Assembly (NCBI GenBank): GCA_016777585.1
Contig: JADHRD010000002.1
Coordinates: 669 to 64,668 of the forward strand
Source of the DNA: Rhodospirillales bacterium
GTDB lineage: Bacteria > Pseudomonadota > Alphaproteobacteria > Rhodospirillales > UBA2165
Direction: 5' to 3'
DNA: 64,000 bases
The notes beneath the pieces were generated by a model, which was not told where the DNA came from, searched no databases, and saw only the letters and a list, made by a program, of their open reading frames with translations. Positions 39,303-49,318 of the stretch are shown here, one piece after another (the stretch's first letter is position 1; each line of letters begins with the position of its first letter). A program made the position numbers and the translations under genes.

Positions 39303-39683
39303 TTATGGTTTAATTGGCTCCGGAGTAATAGAGAATTTTATTCGGGTGTTTCTATTCACAATTATGGAAAGATTGATGCTTAAAATTTCTTTATCTCGCA
39401 AAAAAATATTTTTTCCTACATCCCTCCAACCTAATTGAGGTAACGTATCTGCATAAAATTCGCGGACCTTTAATAGTGGAATTTTTCCAACCGCCGCAAC
39501 TTCAACTATTCTTCCACTAGGTGTGTCAAATATTAGTGCAGTTTGTTTTTGTATTTTAAGGCCAGACATCAATGGCACATCATTAAGTATAGAGATAAAT
39601 GCGCTTTGTGAGTAAACAATGTTTGGTGGAAAATAAAATGTTATGGCAAAAGATAAAAATAACAAATTTTTCATAAAATCCAT
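39303..39683 (-). CDS. hypothetical exported protein
   Basis: Hydrophobic N-terminal signal-like segment (LLFLSFAITFYFPP). No family recognised. Confidence 0.45.
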   Translation of the reverse strand: MDFMKNLLFLSFAITFYFPPNIVYSQSAFISILNDVPLMSGLKIQKQTALIFDTPSGRIVEVAAVGKIPLLKVREFYADTLPQLGWRDVGKNIFLRDKEILSINLSIIVNRNTRIKFSITPEPIKP

Positions 39684-39695
39684 CTTTTCAATGAG

Positions 39696-40523
39696 CTAAC
39701 GTTGACAATTTGAACAAAAAAAAGTTGAACGCCCAGCTTGAATTATTTTTTTTATTTTAACTTTTTCACAATGACCGCACAACTCCCCATTTTTACCATA
39801 TACAAAGAACTGGTGTTGGAAATAACCTAGCTTACCATCGGGTCTTCGATGATTGTTTAATGTTGAACCACCAGCATTAATCGCTTCGGTTAGAACAATC
39901 CTTATGATTTTTACTAACTCTTCAGCTTTTTTAATACCAATATTTTTAGATAAACGTTTTGGGGAAATACGTGACCGAAATAAGCTCTCACTAACATATA
40001 TGTTACCCAAGCCAGCTACTATTTTTTGGTCTAGAAGAGCACACTTTATAGTAAGATTTCTGCCATTTAACTTTTTCATCAGAACAACTGCGTTAAAATT
40101 ATTGCTTAATGGTTCTGGTCCAATATTTTTTAATAACTTATGAGATCTAATAAACTCTCTTTTAGCGAGAGTCACAATACCAAACCTTCGGGGATCGTTA
40201 TAACGAATAGTAACCCCCTTTTGAGTAATAAAGTCAATGTGGTCATGTTTACCTGGTATAGGTATATTTTTTTGAAGGACGCGTATATGCCCAGACATTC
40301 CTAAATGAATAATTAAAACAAGGTCTTCCTCCAAATAAATCAATAGATACTTACCTCGCCGAGTTATATTTATTATCCTTTTACCAGACAGTTTTTCGGA
40401 AAATTGGTCTGGAAATGGAAAACGTAAGCCTTTCCTCCTGGTTATGACGGATGACAACACCGTGTTTTCCAAGTATGGCGTTAAGGCTCTTTTTACCGTC
40501 TCTACTTCAGGAAGCTCGGGCAT
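39696..40523 (-). CDS. mutM: formamidopyrimidine-DNA glycosylase
   Basis: MPELPEVETV N-terminus, H2TH region, C-terminal zinc finger CGHC ... CSNCQ. Confidence 0.95.
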   Translation of the reverse strand: MPELPEVETVKRALTPYLENTVLSSVITRRKGLRFPFPDQFSEKLSGKRIINITRRGKYLLIYLEEDLVLIIHLGMSGHIRVLQKNIPIPGKHDHIDFITQKGVTIRYNDPRRFGIVTLAKREFIRSHKLLKNIGPEPLSNNFNAVVLMKKLNGRNLTIKCALLDQKIVAGLGNIYVSESLFRSRISPKRLSKNIGIKKAEELVKIIRIVLTEAINAGGSTLNNHRRPDGKLGYFQHQFFVYGKNGELCGHCEKVKIKKIIQAGRSTFFCSNCQR

Positions 40524-40605
40524 AGGTTAGAACTATTTTCGTTTTTAAATATAATAATTGTGAGTTAGACTGTACCTTATCATTAAGTAAGCTACGGTCC
40601 TTATC

Positions 40606-41361
40606 ATGTCTATAAAAAAAAATAATGAATACCATACGTCCTTTGGCTTCAAAGATGTATCAAGGGACGAAAAAGACGCATTGGTCGCAGAAGTGTTTAA
40701 TAATGTTGCTCCAAACTATGACCTAATGAATGACCTAATGAGCTTAGGGTTACATCGGTTGTGGAAAAGTAGACTAATCGAAAAACTTCGGCCCACGCCG
40801 ACACTTAAAGTTCTAGACGTTGGCGGCGGCACCGGTGATTTACCATTCAAGTTTTTAGAGATGGGTGGTAAGGAAATTGTCGTCGCCGATATTAATAAAA
40901 AAATGCTTGTGGTTGGTCGAGATCGAGCTTTAAACCGAGCATTAATCAGTGAAATTACTTGGATATGTGCCAATGCCGAGGAACTCCCCATTGATGACGC
41001 TTCGTTTGATTGTTATGTAACAGCATTTTGTTTCCGCAATGTTGGTAATTTGGATAAGGCCCTAAAAGAGGCTCATCGTATCTTAAAACCGGGTGGCAAA
41101 TTCTTATGTTTGGAATTTAGTCACGTTATTATTCCTCAATTGAGAAAACTTTATGATATTTACTCGTTCAATTACCTACCGTTTCTCGGCCAGGTGGTCT
41201 CCAAAGATCGCAGTTCCTATCAGTATCTGGTTGAGAGCATTCGCAGGTTTCCCCATCAAGATGAATTTTTGGCCCAGATAGAAGACTCGGGTCTGGTTAA
41301 GGCCTCATATGAGAATATTTTAGGTGGTATAACAGCCATTCATTCAGCATGGAAAATATAG
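40606..41361 (+). CDS. ubiE: ubiquinone/menaquinone biosynthesis C-methyltransferase
   Basis: VFNNVAPNYDLMNDLMSLGLHRLWK, VLDVGGGTGD, FRNV. Confidence 0.92.
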   Translation: MSIKKNNEYHTSFGFKDVSRDEKDALVAEVFNNVAPNYDLMNDLMSLGLHRLWKSRLIEKLRPTPTLKVLDVGGGTGDLPFKFLEMGGKEIVVADINKKMLVVGRDRALNRALISEITWICANAEELPIDDASFDCYVTAFCFRNVGNLDKALKEAHRILKPGGKFLCLEFSHVIIPQLRKLYDIYSFNYLPFLGQVVSKDRSSYQYLVESIRRFPHQDEFLAQIEDSGLVKASYENILGGITAIHSAWKI

Positions 41362-41370
41362 AAATTACTT

Positions 41371-42921
41371 ATGGTTAAAGCCTTTAAAAATATTAGACGC
41401 CTAATTTTTATTTTTCGAACGCTTGGAAAATATAATGTGTTATCGCTTTTGAAAGAAGCAGGGATATCCAATAACATTCTTAATGTTTTTGTCTTAATCT
41501 CAAAGAAGAACTTAAAATACAACCCCGGCAAACGTTTAGCTATGGCTCTTGAAGAACTTGGTCCTACATTTATAAAGTTAGGCCAGGCACTGTCAACTCG
41601 GTCAGATATTTGTGGTGAGGAAATTGCCTCAGAGCTCTCTAAACTTCAAGACAAGTTGCCAGCCTTTAGCAAAGAAAACGTTAAAGATATTATCGAGAGT
41701 GAGATGGGCAAACCTATCGAAGAATGTTTTACCGAATTTAACTGGGAAGCGGTGGCGGCAGCGTCTATTGCACAGGTTCATTTTGCAATAACCTTAGAAG
41801 GTTGCGAAGTTGCTGTAAAAGTATTGCGTCCAAATATAGAAAAAGCTTTTAAAAAAGATATAGACTTATTTTATTGGATTGCTCAACTCATCGAGAATAC
41901 TCAACAAGACCTGCGTCGGTTAAAGCCTTTTGAGATCATTGAAACCTTTGAAACAACTATCCATCAAGAGATGGACCTTCGATTTGAAGCTGCCGCAGCG
42001 GGAGAATTAGCTGAAAACTTCATCGATGATCAAGACTTTGGTGTCCCAGAGGTTGATTGGAGCTTAACGTCTAAACGTATTCTAACACTGAAGCGAGTTG
42101 ACGGGATCTCTATAGGTGATACTGCTTCAATTAAGCGTGCTGGTTTGGACCCAGACGAAATACTGTCAAAGGCTGCAACCGCATTATTTAAACAGGTTTT
42201 TCGCGATGGTTTTTTTCATGCAGATCAGCATCCTGGAAATATTTTTGTTTCGGCAAAAGGTAGAATCATTGCAATTGATTTTGGAATAATGGGCCGTCTG
42301 GATATAAAAACTCGATATTATCTTGGACAAATGTTACTATCTTTTCTAAATAGAGACTATACCCGAGTAGCCGAACTTCACTTTGAGGCTGGGTATGTTC
42401 CTTCCAATAAATCTGTTCGCTCATTTGCCCAAGCGTGTCGCTCAATCGCAGAGCCAATATTGGGAAAGCCTCAAAACGAAATATCAATCGCGCGACTTCT
42501 TGGTTATTTATTCCAAGTATCAAAAGACTTCCAAATGGAAGTACAACCCCAGTTGCTTTTGCTTCAAAAAACCATGCTCACTGCAGAAGGAGTTGGACGT
42601 AAACTTAGCCCGAAGGCAAATATTTGGCTACTTGCACAACCATTAATTGAACACTGGGTCGAGAACGATTTAAACAAGGAATCTATTTTCATTCAGTCAA
42701 CAAAAGAAATTGCAGATAAAATAAAGAGCCTGCCAAAAACCTTGTCTTTACTTGAAAAAAATATAAAAACCTTAAGCAAAGAAGGCTTAAAAATTCACCC
42801 GAATAGCCTAAAAGAATTCCAAAGAAAAAACTCGCGCAAGGCTTCATTTGAGAAATTAATATTATGTTTTTTATTATTCTCTCTAGCAAGTTGGAGTTAT
42901 TTTATTTACGTAATACTCTAG
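41371..42921 (+). CDS. ubiB: ubiquinone biosynthesis regulatory kinase-like protein UbiB (ABC1 family)
   Basis: GPTFIKLGQALSTRSD, ASIAQVH, GFFHADQHPGNIF, C-terminal TM segment. It follows ubiE by 9 nt. Confidence 0.9.
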   Translation: MVKAFKNIRRLIFIFRTLGKYNVLSLLKEAGISNNILNVFVLISKKNLKYNPGKRLAMALEELGPTFIKLGQALSTRSDICGEEIASELSKLQDKLPAFSKENVKDIIESEMGKPIEECFTEFNWEAVAAASIAQVHFAITLEGCEVAVKVLRPNIEKAFKKDIDLFYWIAQLIENTQQDLRRLKPFEIIETFETTIHQEMDLRFEAAAAGELAENFIDDQDFGVPEVDWSLTSKRILTLKRVDGISIGDTASIKRAGLDPDEILSKAATALFKQVFRDGFFHADQHPGNIFVSAKGRIIAIDFGIMGRLDIKTRYYLGQMLLSFLNRDYTRVAELHFEAGYVPSNKSVRSFAQACRSIAEPILGKPQNEISIARLLGYLFQVSKDFQMEVQPQLLLLQKTMLTAEGVGRKLSPKANIWLLAQPLIEHWVENDLNKESIFIQSTKEIADKIKSLPKTLSLLEKNIKTLSKEGLKIHPNSLKEFQRKNSRKASFEKLILCFLLFSLASWSYFIYVIL

Positions 42922-43037
42922 ATAATAAACCAAATTATACTAATAATTTATGTAATTTACTTGCTATAACATTAATCCGCGACTAACGTCCATTTTTGCT
43001 ACTAGAAATTAGCGTCAAAAATTTTATGGTTTGCAAA

Positions 43038-44267
43038 ATGGATAACAAACAAAGAGTCTTACTTATAATCTCCGGTGGTATCGCAGCTTATAAAAGCCTT
43101 GATCTCATTCGAGAATTAAACCGCATTGGGATCGGTGTTAGATGCATATTAACAGAAAACGCAAGTAAATTCGTAACCCCACTCTCGCTGACAGCTTTAA
43201 GTAAAGATACAGTGTATCAAGACCTATTTTCTATTTCAGACGAAAATACTATGGGACACATTCAATTATCTCGAAACACAGATTTAGTATTGGTAGCTCC
43301 TGCAACTGCCAATATAATAGCTAAAATGTCATGTGGGATAGCAGATGACCTTGCCACAACAACATTACTTGCCACCGATAAGCCGGTAATAATTGCCCCT
43401 TCTATGAATGTGAGAATGTGGAGTCATGCAAGCACCCAGAATAATATATCGGTCCTTTTAAAAAGAGGCATAAAAATCATTGGTCCGGAAAATGGAGAGA
43501 TGGCGTGCGGTGAATTTGGGTTAGGTAGAATGTCAAATATAGAGAAGATTGGTGCTACCTTAAATAATTTTTTTAAAACAAAAACTACTAAAGCTACGGG
43601 TAAGTTAAAAGGTAGAAAAGTAGTTGTTACAAGCGGGCCAACGCATGAAGCAATCGACCCTATCAGGTATATAACCAATCAATCGTCTGGAAAGCAGGGT
43701 TTTGCAATAGCAAGGGCACTTCAAGAACAAGGTGCATCTACGACTTTAATTACTGGTCCAACACAAATACCAGATCCCCCGGGAATTTATGTTAAACATA
43801 TTACAACGGCTGAAGAAATGTTACAGTCCTGTCTGGATTGCCTACCAGCCGATATCGTAGTTTGTGCTGCAGCGGTTGCAGACTGGCGAATGAAAAATAA
43901 ATATTCTGAAAAAATTAAAAAGGAAGGTGAAATTTTTTCTCTAGAATTGGTAGAAAATCCAGATATTTTAGCCACGGTAGCTGGAATGAAAAAAAATCGA
44001 CCAAATCTAGTAATTGGGTTCGCTGCCGAGACCCAGAATTTACTAAAAAATGCATCCATCAAACTTGATAAAAAAGGCTGTGACTGGATTTTGGCAAATA
44101 ATGTTTCAAAAGAGTCCGAGGTTTTTGGTGGAGACAATAATCAAATAAAATTTATTTCTAAAAATAAAATAGAAGAATGGCCAGTTTTGTCTAAAGAAGC
44201 CATAGGGGAAAAATTGGCTACTCGGATTATAGCATTTCTGAAAGATAATAAAAATGGAAAAGATTAA
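43038..44267 (+). CDS. coaBC: bifunctional phosphopantothenoylcysteine decarboxylase / phosphopantothenate-cysteine ligase
   Basis: RVLLIISGGIAAYK, APATANIIAKM, VTSGPTHEAIDPIRYITNQSSGKQG. ATG 43038 is preferred to the track TTG at 42996. Confidence 0.9.
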   Translation: MDNKQRVLLIISGGIAAYKSLDLIRELNRIGIGVRCILTENASKFVTPLSLTALSKDTVYQDLFSISDENTMGHIQLSRNTDLVLVAPATANIIAKMSCGIADDLATTTLLATDKPVIIAPSMNVRMWSHASTQNNISVLLKRGIKIIGPENGEMACGEFGLGRMSNIEKIGATLNNFFKTKTTKATGKLKGRKVVVTSGPTHEAIDPIRYITNQSSGKQGFAIARALQEQGASTTLITGPTQIPDPPGIYVKHITTAEEMLQSCLDCLPADIVVCAAAVADWRMKNKYSEKIKKEGEIFSLELVENPDILATVAGMKKNRPNLVIGFAAETQNLLKNASIKLDKKGCDWILANNVSKESEVFGGDNNQIKFISKNKIEEWPVLSKEAIGEKLATRIIAFLKDNKNGKD

Positions 44268-44697
44268 CATTTCTATTAAACGCTTAAAGAATTATCAAGA
44301 TTTACCCTTGCCAGAAATACAAACAAATTTTTCCGCTGGTGTGGACTTGCTTGCAGCAGTTAAAAATACTCTAGCCATTAAACCGGGTGAGCGCAAAATA
44401 GTGCCTACTGGCATATCAATTGCCTTACCAGAGGGTTATGAAGCACAAGTGCGCCCTCGCTCTGGCTTAGCCATCAAAAATGGAATAAGCGTGCTGAATA
44501 CGCCAGGAACAATTGACTCGGACTATAGAGGCGAAATTGGTGTTATTCTTATTAATTTTGGAAGTAATACATTTAAAATTGAGCATGGGATGAGAATCGC
44601 TCAAATGGTTGTATCACCAGTAGTTTCAGTTACTTGGGAAGAAACCGACGAGTTATCGAAGACAACCCGTGGTAATAAGGGTTTTGGCTCTACGTGA
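44254..44697 (+). CDS. dut: dUTP diphosphatase
   Basis: SAGVDL, RPRSGLA, GTIDSDYRGE, RGNKGFGSTG-like C-terminus. It overlaps coaBC by 14 nt. Confidence 0.93.
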   Translation: MEKINISIKRLKNYQDLPLPEIQTNFSAGVDLLAAVKNTLAIKPGERKIVPTGISIALPEGYEAQVRPRSGLAIKNGISVLNTPGTIDSDYRGEIGVILINFGSNTFKIEHGMRIAQMVVSPVVSVTWEETDELSKTTRGNKGFGST

Positions 44698-44739
44698 ACA
44701 AAATAAAATGCATCAAATTAGATGGAGATCAGTATTAAA

Positions 44740-45195
44740 ATGTTCCGCCTCTCAAAAAAAGTAGTGTTTGCTGTTGAAGCGGTAGTTGATATAGCATATC
44801 ACGCAGGCAGCCAACCAGTTCAAAGCAGAGATATTACACGACGCCAGGGCATTCCTCGCCGGTATCTCGAACAAGCATTACAGGAATTGGTTAAAGCAAA
44901 CCTTCTTCATGGTGTAAGGGGGCCCAAGGGAGGTTACAACCTAGCAAGAGAGCGGAGACGTATTTCGCTGGGAAATATTATTGAAATTATAAGTAAAATG
45001 GATCAATCACTTAATATGTTTGAGGAGGACGTCGGTTCAAATCTTACAAAGTTAGTAATTAGCCCGCTGCTGTCCGAACACCAAAATGAAATGATGAAAA
45101 AGTTGGATCAAATTTCAATCGATGACCTATGCCAAAAAGCTCGTTCCTGTGGGGTAATAAGTGAAGGTCGTAAAAACCTAGATTTTTCAATATAG
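44740..45195 (+). CDS. Rrf2 family transcriptional regulator lacking the usual three-Cys Fe-S ligand motif
   Basis: MFRLSKKVVFAVEAVVDIA start and a winged HTH (RRQGIPRRYLEQALQELVKANLL, GPKGGYNLAR). There are only two Cys, both near the C-terminus. Confidence 0.85.
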   Translation: MFRLSKKVVFAVEAVVDIAYHAGSQPVQSRDITRRQGIPRRYLEQALQELVKANLLHGVRGPKGGYNLARERRRISLGNIIEIISKMDQSLNMFEEDVGSNLTKLVISPLLSEHQNEMMKKLDQISIDDLCQKARSCGVISEGRKNLDFSI

Positions 45196-45213
45196 CAATG
45201 AAAAAAAATAATT

Positions 45214-46179
45214 ATGAATAAATCATCGGAATTTAGGGGTCGTATATACGACAGCATAATAGAAACTATCGGTGCTACTCCATTAATTAAATTAAACCGC
45301 CTACCGAAGAATCATAATTGTCTTGCTGTTATACTTGGTAAATGTGAGTTTTTTAATCCATTAGCTTCAGTTAAAGATCGTATTGGACATGCCATGATTA
45401 TTGCGGCTGAGAATGATGGAAAATTAAAAGAAGGCTCAGTCATTATTGAACCAACATCCGGTAATACTGGAATTGCATTAGCATTCATTGCAGCAGCTAA
45501 AGGTTATCGACTAATATTAACGATGCCAGAAAGCATGTCTGAAGAACGTCGAAAAATGTTATATTTATTAGGGGCGGAAATAATATTAACTCCAGCTTCT
45601 AAAGGAATGAGAGGGGCTATTGAGAAGGCTGAGGAAATTGTGAGTGACACCCCTAATGCATTCATGCCACAGCAATTTAGTAATAACTCGAACCCTGAGA
45701 TTCATTGTCAAACGACGGCTGAAGAAATTTGGTTAGATACAGGGGGAAACGTTGACGCAATTATTGCAGGCATTGGCACCGGAGGAACTTTTACCGGTAT
45801 TGGTAGTAAATTAAAGAAAAGAAAACCAAATATTCGTATGATTGCTATAGAACCTGAAGATAGTTCAGTAATATCTGGCGGTATTCCTGGTCCTCATAAG
45901 ATACAAGGTATTGGTGCAGGATTTATTCCAGATAACCTTGATACTAGTCTTATTGATGAGGTAATACAGATTGGCAATGAAACAGCATTAATAACCGCGC
46001 GTCAGGCAGCTAGGTTGGAAGGTTTGCCTGTTGGTATATCGTCAGGCGCCGCAATAGCTGCTGCTCTTGAAGTTGGTTCACGGTCAGAAATGTTAGATAA
46101 AAGAATTGTTGTAATTCTTCCTTCTTTTGCCGAAAGGTATTTATCTACTGCGCTGTTTGATGGAATTAATGTCAGGTGA
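45214..46179 (+). CDS. cysK: cysteine synthase A (O-acetylserine sulfhydrylase)
   Basis: PLIKLNR, FNPLASVKDR (PLP Lys), EPTSGNTGIALA, GIGTGGTFTG. Ends with TGA at 46177..46179. Confidence 0.9.
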   Translation: MNKSSEFRGRIYDSIIETIGATPLIKLNRLPKNHNCLAVILGKCEFFNPLASVKDRIGHAMIIAAENDGKLKEGSVIIEPTSGNTGIALAFIAAAKGYRLILTMPESMSEERRKMLYLLGAEIILTPASKGMRGAIEKAEEIVSDTPNAFMPQQFSNNSNPEIHCQTTAEEIWLDTGGNVDAIIAGIGTGGTFTGIGSKLKKRKPNIRMIAIEPEDSSVISGGIPGPHKIQGIGAGFIPDNLDTSLIDEVIQIGNETALITARQAARLEGLPVGISSGAAIAAALEVGSRSEMLDKRIVVILPSFAERYLSTALFDGINVR

Positions 46180-46186
46180 TCGAATT

Positions 46187-46981
46187 ATGTCTCTAACGGA
46201 TCAACAAATTGAGAGGTATGCAAGACACATTCTCCTTCCAGAAATAGGTGGTAGTGGACAAGCAAAGATTCGTAAAGCAAGGGTACTAGTGATCGGGGCC
46301 GGAGGTCTCAGCACCCCCATAATACAATATCTTACAGCAGCCGGTATAGGCACAATCGGGTTAATAGATGACGACATAGTTGAACTAAGCAACCTTCAAC
46401 GTCAGGTCATGCACTCAACCTCACGATTAGGAATGAAAAAGGTATTAAGTGCTAAAATCGCAGCGAGGGAAATTAATCCGGATACAGACATTATTTGCCA
46501 TTCTGAACGTTTAACGTACAAGAATGCCCGCCAATTAATATCTGAATATGATATTGTTTCTGACGGGTGTGATAATTTTTCAACTAGGTTTTTAGTAATG
46601 GATGGCTGCTACCTTGAACGAAAAACCTTAGTCTCAGGAGCCATTATGCGTTTTGACGGGCAACTAAGTGTTTTTAAACCCCATGAGAGAATTGAAGGAG
46701 ATTGTCCCTGTTATCGCTGCCTATATCCCAAAGCACCACCCCCAAATACAATCCCAACGTGCGCTGAAGCTGGAGTATTGGGATCGCTATGTGGTATAAT
46801 TGGGTCTTTGCAAGCAACTGAAATCCTAAAGGAAATTACAGGCACAGGAGAAAGTTTGTCTGGATCATTAATTATTTTTAATGCTCTTAGTACTCAGTTT
46901 AGGAAAATAAAAATTAGACCTGATCCAAAGTGCTTATTATGCAGTCCATCCGCAACCATTACAGAGCTCGCTCAAGAATGA
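46187..46981 (+). CDS. moeB: HesA/MoeB/ThiF family adenylyltransferase
   Basis: RYARHILLPEIGGSGQ, VIGAGGLS, SNLQRQ, CPCYRC and CLLC zinc pairs. ATG 46187 lies 8 nt after the cysK stop; the track start at 46127 overlaps cysK. Confidence 0.85.
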   Translation: MSLTDQQIERYARHILLPEIGGSGQAKIRKARVLVIGAGGLSTPIIQYLTAAGIGTIGLIDDDIVELSNLQRQVMHSTSRLGMKKVLSAKIAAREINPDTDIICHSERLTYKNARQLISEYDIVSDGCDNFSTRFLVMDGCYLERKTLVSGAIMRFDGQLSVFKPHERIEGDCPCYRCLYPKAPPPNTIPTCAEAGVLGSLCGIIGSLQATEILKEITGTGESLSGSLIIFNALSTQFRKIKIRPDPKCLLCSPSATITELAQE

Positions 46982-46993
46982 TAAACAATAGTA

Positions 46994-48016
46994 TTACAGC
47001 AGTGTTTCCAAAACCCGATTGGGCACTTTGTGGCCATCGACAAAAGTCTTAATATTAATTACTACAGTCTCTCCCATTGCTACTCTGCCCTCCATCGTCG
47101 CTGAGCCAAGGTGTGGCAAGATGACGACATTCTCCATATTTTTAAGTTTTGAAGGTATCGTTGGTTCATCTTCAAATACATCAAGGCCTGCGCCCGCGAT
47201 TAATCCTTCATCGAGTAAATTTACCAGTGCTTTCTGGTCAATAATATTTCCACGAGATGTATTAATAATAAAACAGTGTGGCTGAATAAGCTTAAGGCGT
47301 CGTTCAGACAATAAATGATGAGAAGCTGGAGTTGAAGGGCAGGTTAGCACAATTAAATCCATGTGGGCTAGCATCTGATCCAAGCTTTCCCAGTAAGTTG
47401 CTTCTAACTGTTCTTCTTTTTTAGATATAACGCGGTTCCTATTATGATAGTGAATTTTCAAACCAAATCCTTTTGCACGATGAGCTACAGCACTACCTAT
47501 TCTACCTAAACCAACGATACCGAGTCGTTTTCCAGTAATTTTACTCCCAAGTAATTGTGTTGGCGTCCAACCAGTCCATTCATTGTTGCGAACTATTCGT
47601 TCTCCTTCACCTAATCGTCTTGCCGTCATGAGAATAAGTGCCATTGTAATATCGGCTGTATCCTCAGTCAGTACACCAGGAGTATTTGTAATTATTATAT
47701 TTCGGACAGCCGCGGCTTGGAGATCAATGTGATCAACACCAGCCCCAAAGTTGGCAATCATTTTCAGTTGGTTACCAGCTGAATTGATGATTTCAGAATC
47801 AATAACATCAGTAACCGTCGGGACCAATATATCCGCTGTTTGCACAGCCATGATTAACTCTTCCCTATCCAATGGGACATCATCTAGATTTAGACGTGAG
47901 TCAAAAAGTTCCATCATTCGAGTCTCAACTGGGTCTGGAAGCTTTCGAGTTACAAAAACTTTCGGCCTTATATTTTTTTTGATATTATTTACAGAAACAA
48001 TAGGTAAATCCCCCAA
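46994..48016 (-). CDS. D-isomer-specific 2-hydroxyacid dehydrogenase (glyoxylate/hydroxypyruvate reductase type)
   Basis: GIVGLGRIGSAVA, INTSRG, LDVFEDEP, PHLGSAT. Confidence 0.85.
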   Translation of the reverse strand: MGDLPIVSVNNIKKNIRPKVFVTRKLPDPVETRMMELFDSRLNLDDVPLDREELIMAVQTADILVPTVTDVIDSEIINSAGNQLKMIANFGAGVDHIDLQAAAVRNIIITNTPGVLTEDTADITMALILMTARRLGEGERIVRNNEWTGWTPTQLLGSKITGKRLGIVGLGRIGSAVAHRAKGFGLKIHYHNRNRVISKKEEQLEATYWESLDQMLAHMDLIVLTCPSTPASHHLLSERRLKLIQPHCFIINTSRGNIIDQKALVNLLDEGLIAGAGLDVFEDEPTIPSKLKNMENVVILPHLGSATMEGRVAMGETVVINIKTFVDGHKVPNRVLETLL

Positions 48017-48168
48017 TGTTGTAATTTATTGATAAATCACTTTATTTATAAGTAGACCATAATTATATAAATGCCCACGGTTTTAAAAGCTAGTCTAAAT
48101 CGTGATATTTAACGGGTCGTTAACCTCGATAGAGTACAAAATTAACTAGGAAATTTTTATAAAAAATA

Positions 48169-48702
48169 ATGAAAAAAATACAAAATAAATATAGTGGCGT
48201 TAAAACGTTACCAATCTTGATTCTACTTCTGACTTTTATGGATTTTGATAAAGTAAGTCTTGCAGAGAGTCCATCAGTAAAAAAAAATAGTGCCCTTCCA
48301 CGATTCGTTTCATTAAAACAAGAAAAAACTTATTTACGGACAGGACCGGGGGTTCAATACCCAATTGATTGGGTCTACCAAATAAAAAAGCTGCCCCTTG
48401 AAGTTATATTAGAGTTTGGCACGTGGCGTAAAGTGCGTGATGTTAGGGGTGGTCAAGGCTGGATTCACCAAAGTATGCTGAGCAGCATACGAACCTTTAT
48501 TATTACGGGAAAAATAAGAACACTCAGAAAATCTGAAAGCACCAAGTCAAATCCTGTCGCTAAATTAGAGGTAAACGTTGTTGGAAAAATTTCTAAGTGC
48601 GAACACATCTCAAGTTGGTGCATCGTCTCCGCAGATGGCTATAAAGGATGGTTGCGACGAGTAGACTTTTGGGGAGTTTATTCTCAAGAAGTTATCAAAT
48701 AG
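48169..48702 (+). CDS. SH3-like domain protein (DUF1058 type), exported
   Basis: Signal peptide, then LPRFVSLKQEKTYLRTGPGVQYPIDWVY ... WRKVRDVRGGQGWIHQSML. Confidence 0.65.
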   Translation: MKKIQNKYSGVKTLPILILLLTFMDFDKVSLAESPSVKKNSALPRFVSLKQEKTYLRTGPGVQYPIDWVYQIKKLPLEVILEFGTWRKVRDVRGGQGWIHQSMLSSIRTFIITGKIRTLRKSESTKSNPVAKLEVNVVGKISKCEHISSWCIVSADGYKGWLRRVDFWGVYSQEVIK

Positions 48703-48727
48703 GAGATCGGCAAACTTATTATTTATA

Positions 48728-49318
48728 TTATTTAAAATCCTTTGCCAATGTAACTCGCGACTCTTCTTGTAAGATTGTTGAGTGACTATATTTTGGATGA
48801 TTTATTTCCAATACAACTCGCGCTCCATTTCTTTTAAAGTCTGCAATCTCTGATTCTGAGAAATTAAAATGTGCAAATTGAACTGAAGAAGCCTTACCTT
48901 TAGCACTTGTGCGATCAACATCTTCTTCAGGCACTGCGTTAATTATTTTTTCACCCAAACGCATAGTAATTTTTTCTTCAACTCCCCCGAGTCCTGATAA
49001 AAATGCGGTTCGTATATCTGGATTATCGATCTCGAACATTAAAGTTGCAACGAGCTCCGTTCCATTAGGAATGAGTGGATTGTAAGCCCTCAATTCGTCA
49101 GGGATTTGTTCTTGCCCACCTTTTTCAATTCGGAGCATCTCCTGAACCTGATACCACATTGTATTATATGATTCAAAATAGAATGTTGCATAAGGACCAA
49201 CCGCTATTCTGCGTAGTTTTTTTTCTTCAACAATATCTTTTCTAAAGTTATTTCTAATAGCTTCATATCTTTTTGTATCTATTATGTCACTTTCTTCAAG
49301 TTTAGTTTTTATAGTCAT
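48728..49318 (-). CDS. DUF3501 family protein
   Basis: About 195 aa, overlapping the upstream (Fe-S) gene by 1 nt. Family and context assignment are from memory. Confidence 0.6.
   Translation of the reverse strand: MTIKTKLEESDIIDTKRYEAIRNNFRKDIVEEKKLRRIAVGPYATFYFESYNTMWYQVQEMLRIEKGGQEQIPDELRAYNPLIPNGTELVATLMFEIDNPDIRTAFLSGLGGVEEKITMRLGEKIINAVPEEDVDRTSAKGKASSVQFAHFNFSESEIADFKRNGARVVLEINHPKYSHSTILQEESRVTLAKDFK

Noticed and set aside
42996-46186. Track start codons TTG 42996 (coaBC), ATG 44722 (Rrf2) and ATG 46127 (moeB)
   Set aside because: Homolog N-termini begin at 43038, 44740 and 46187. The 46127 start would overlap cysK by 53 nt.
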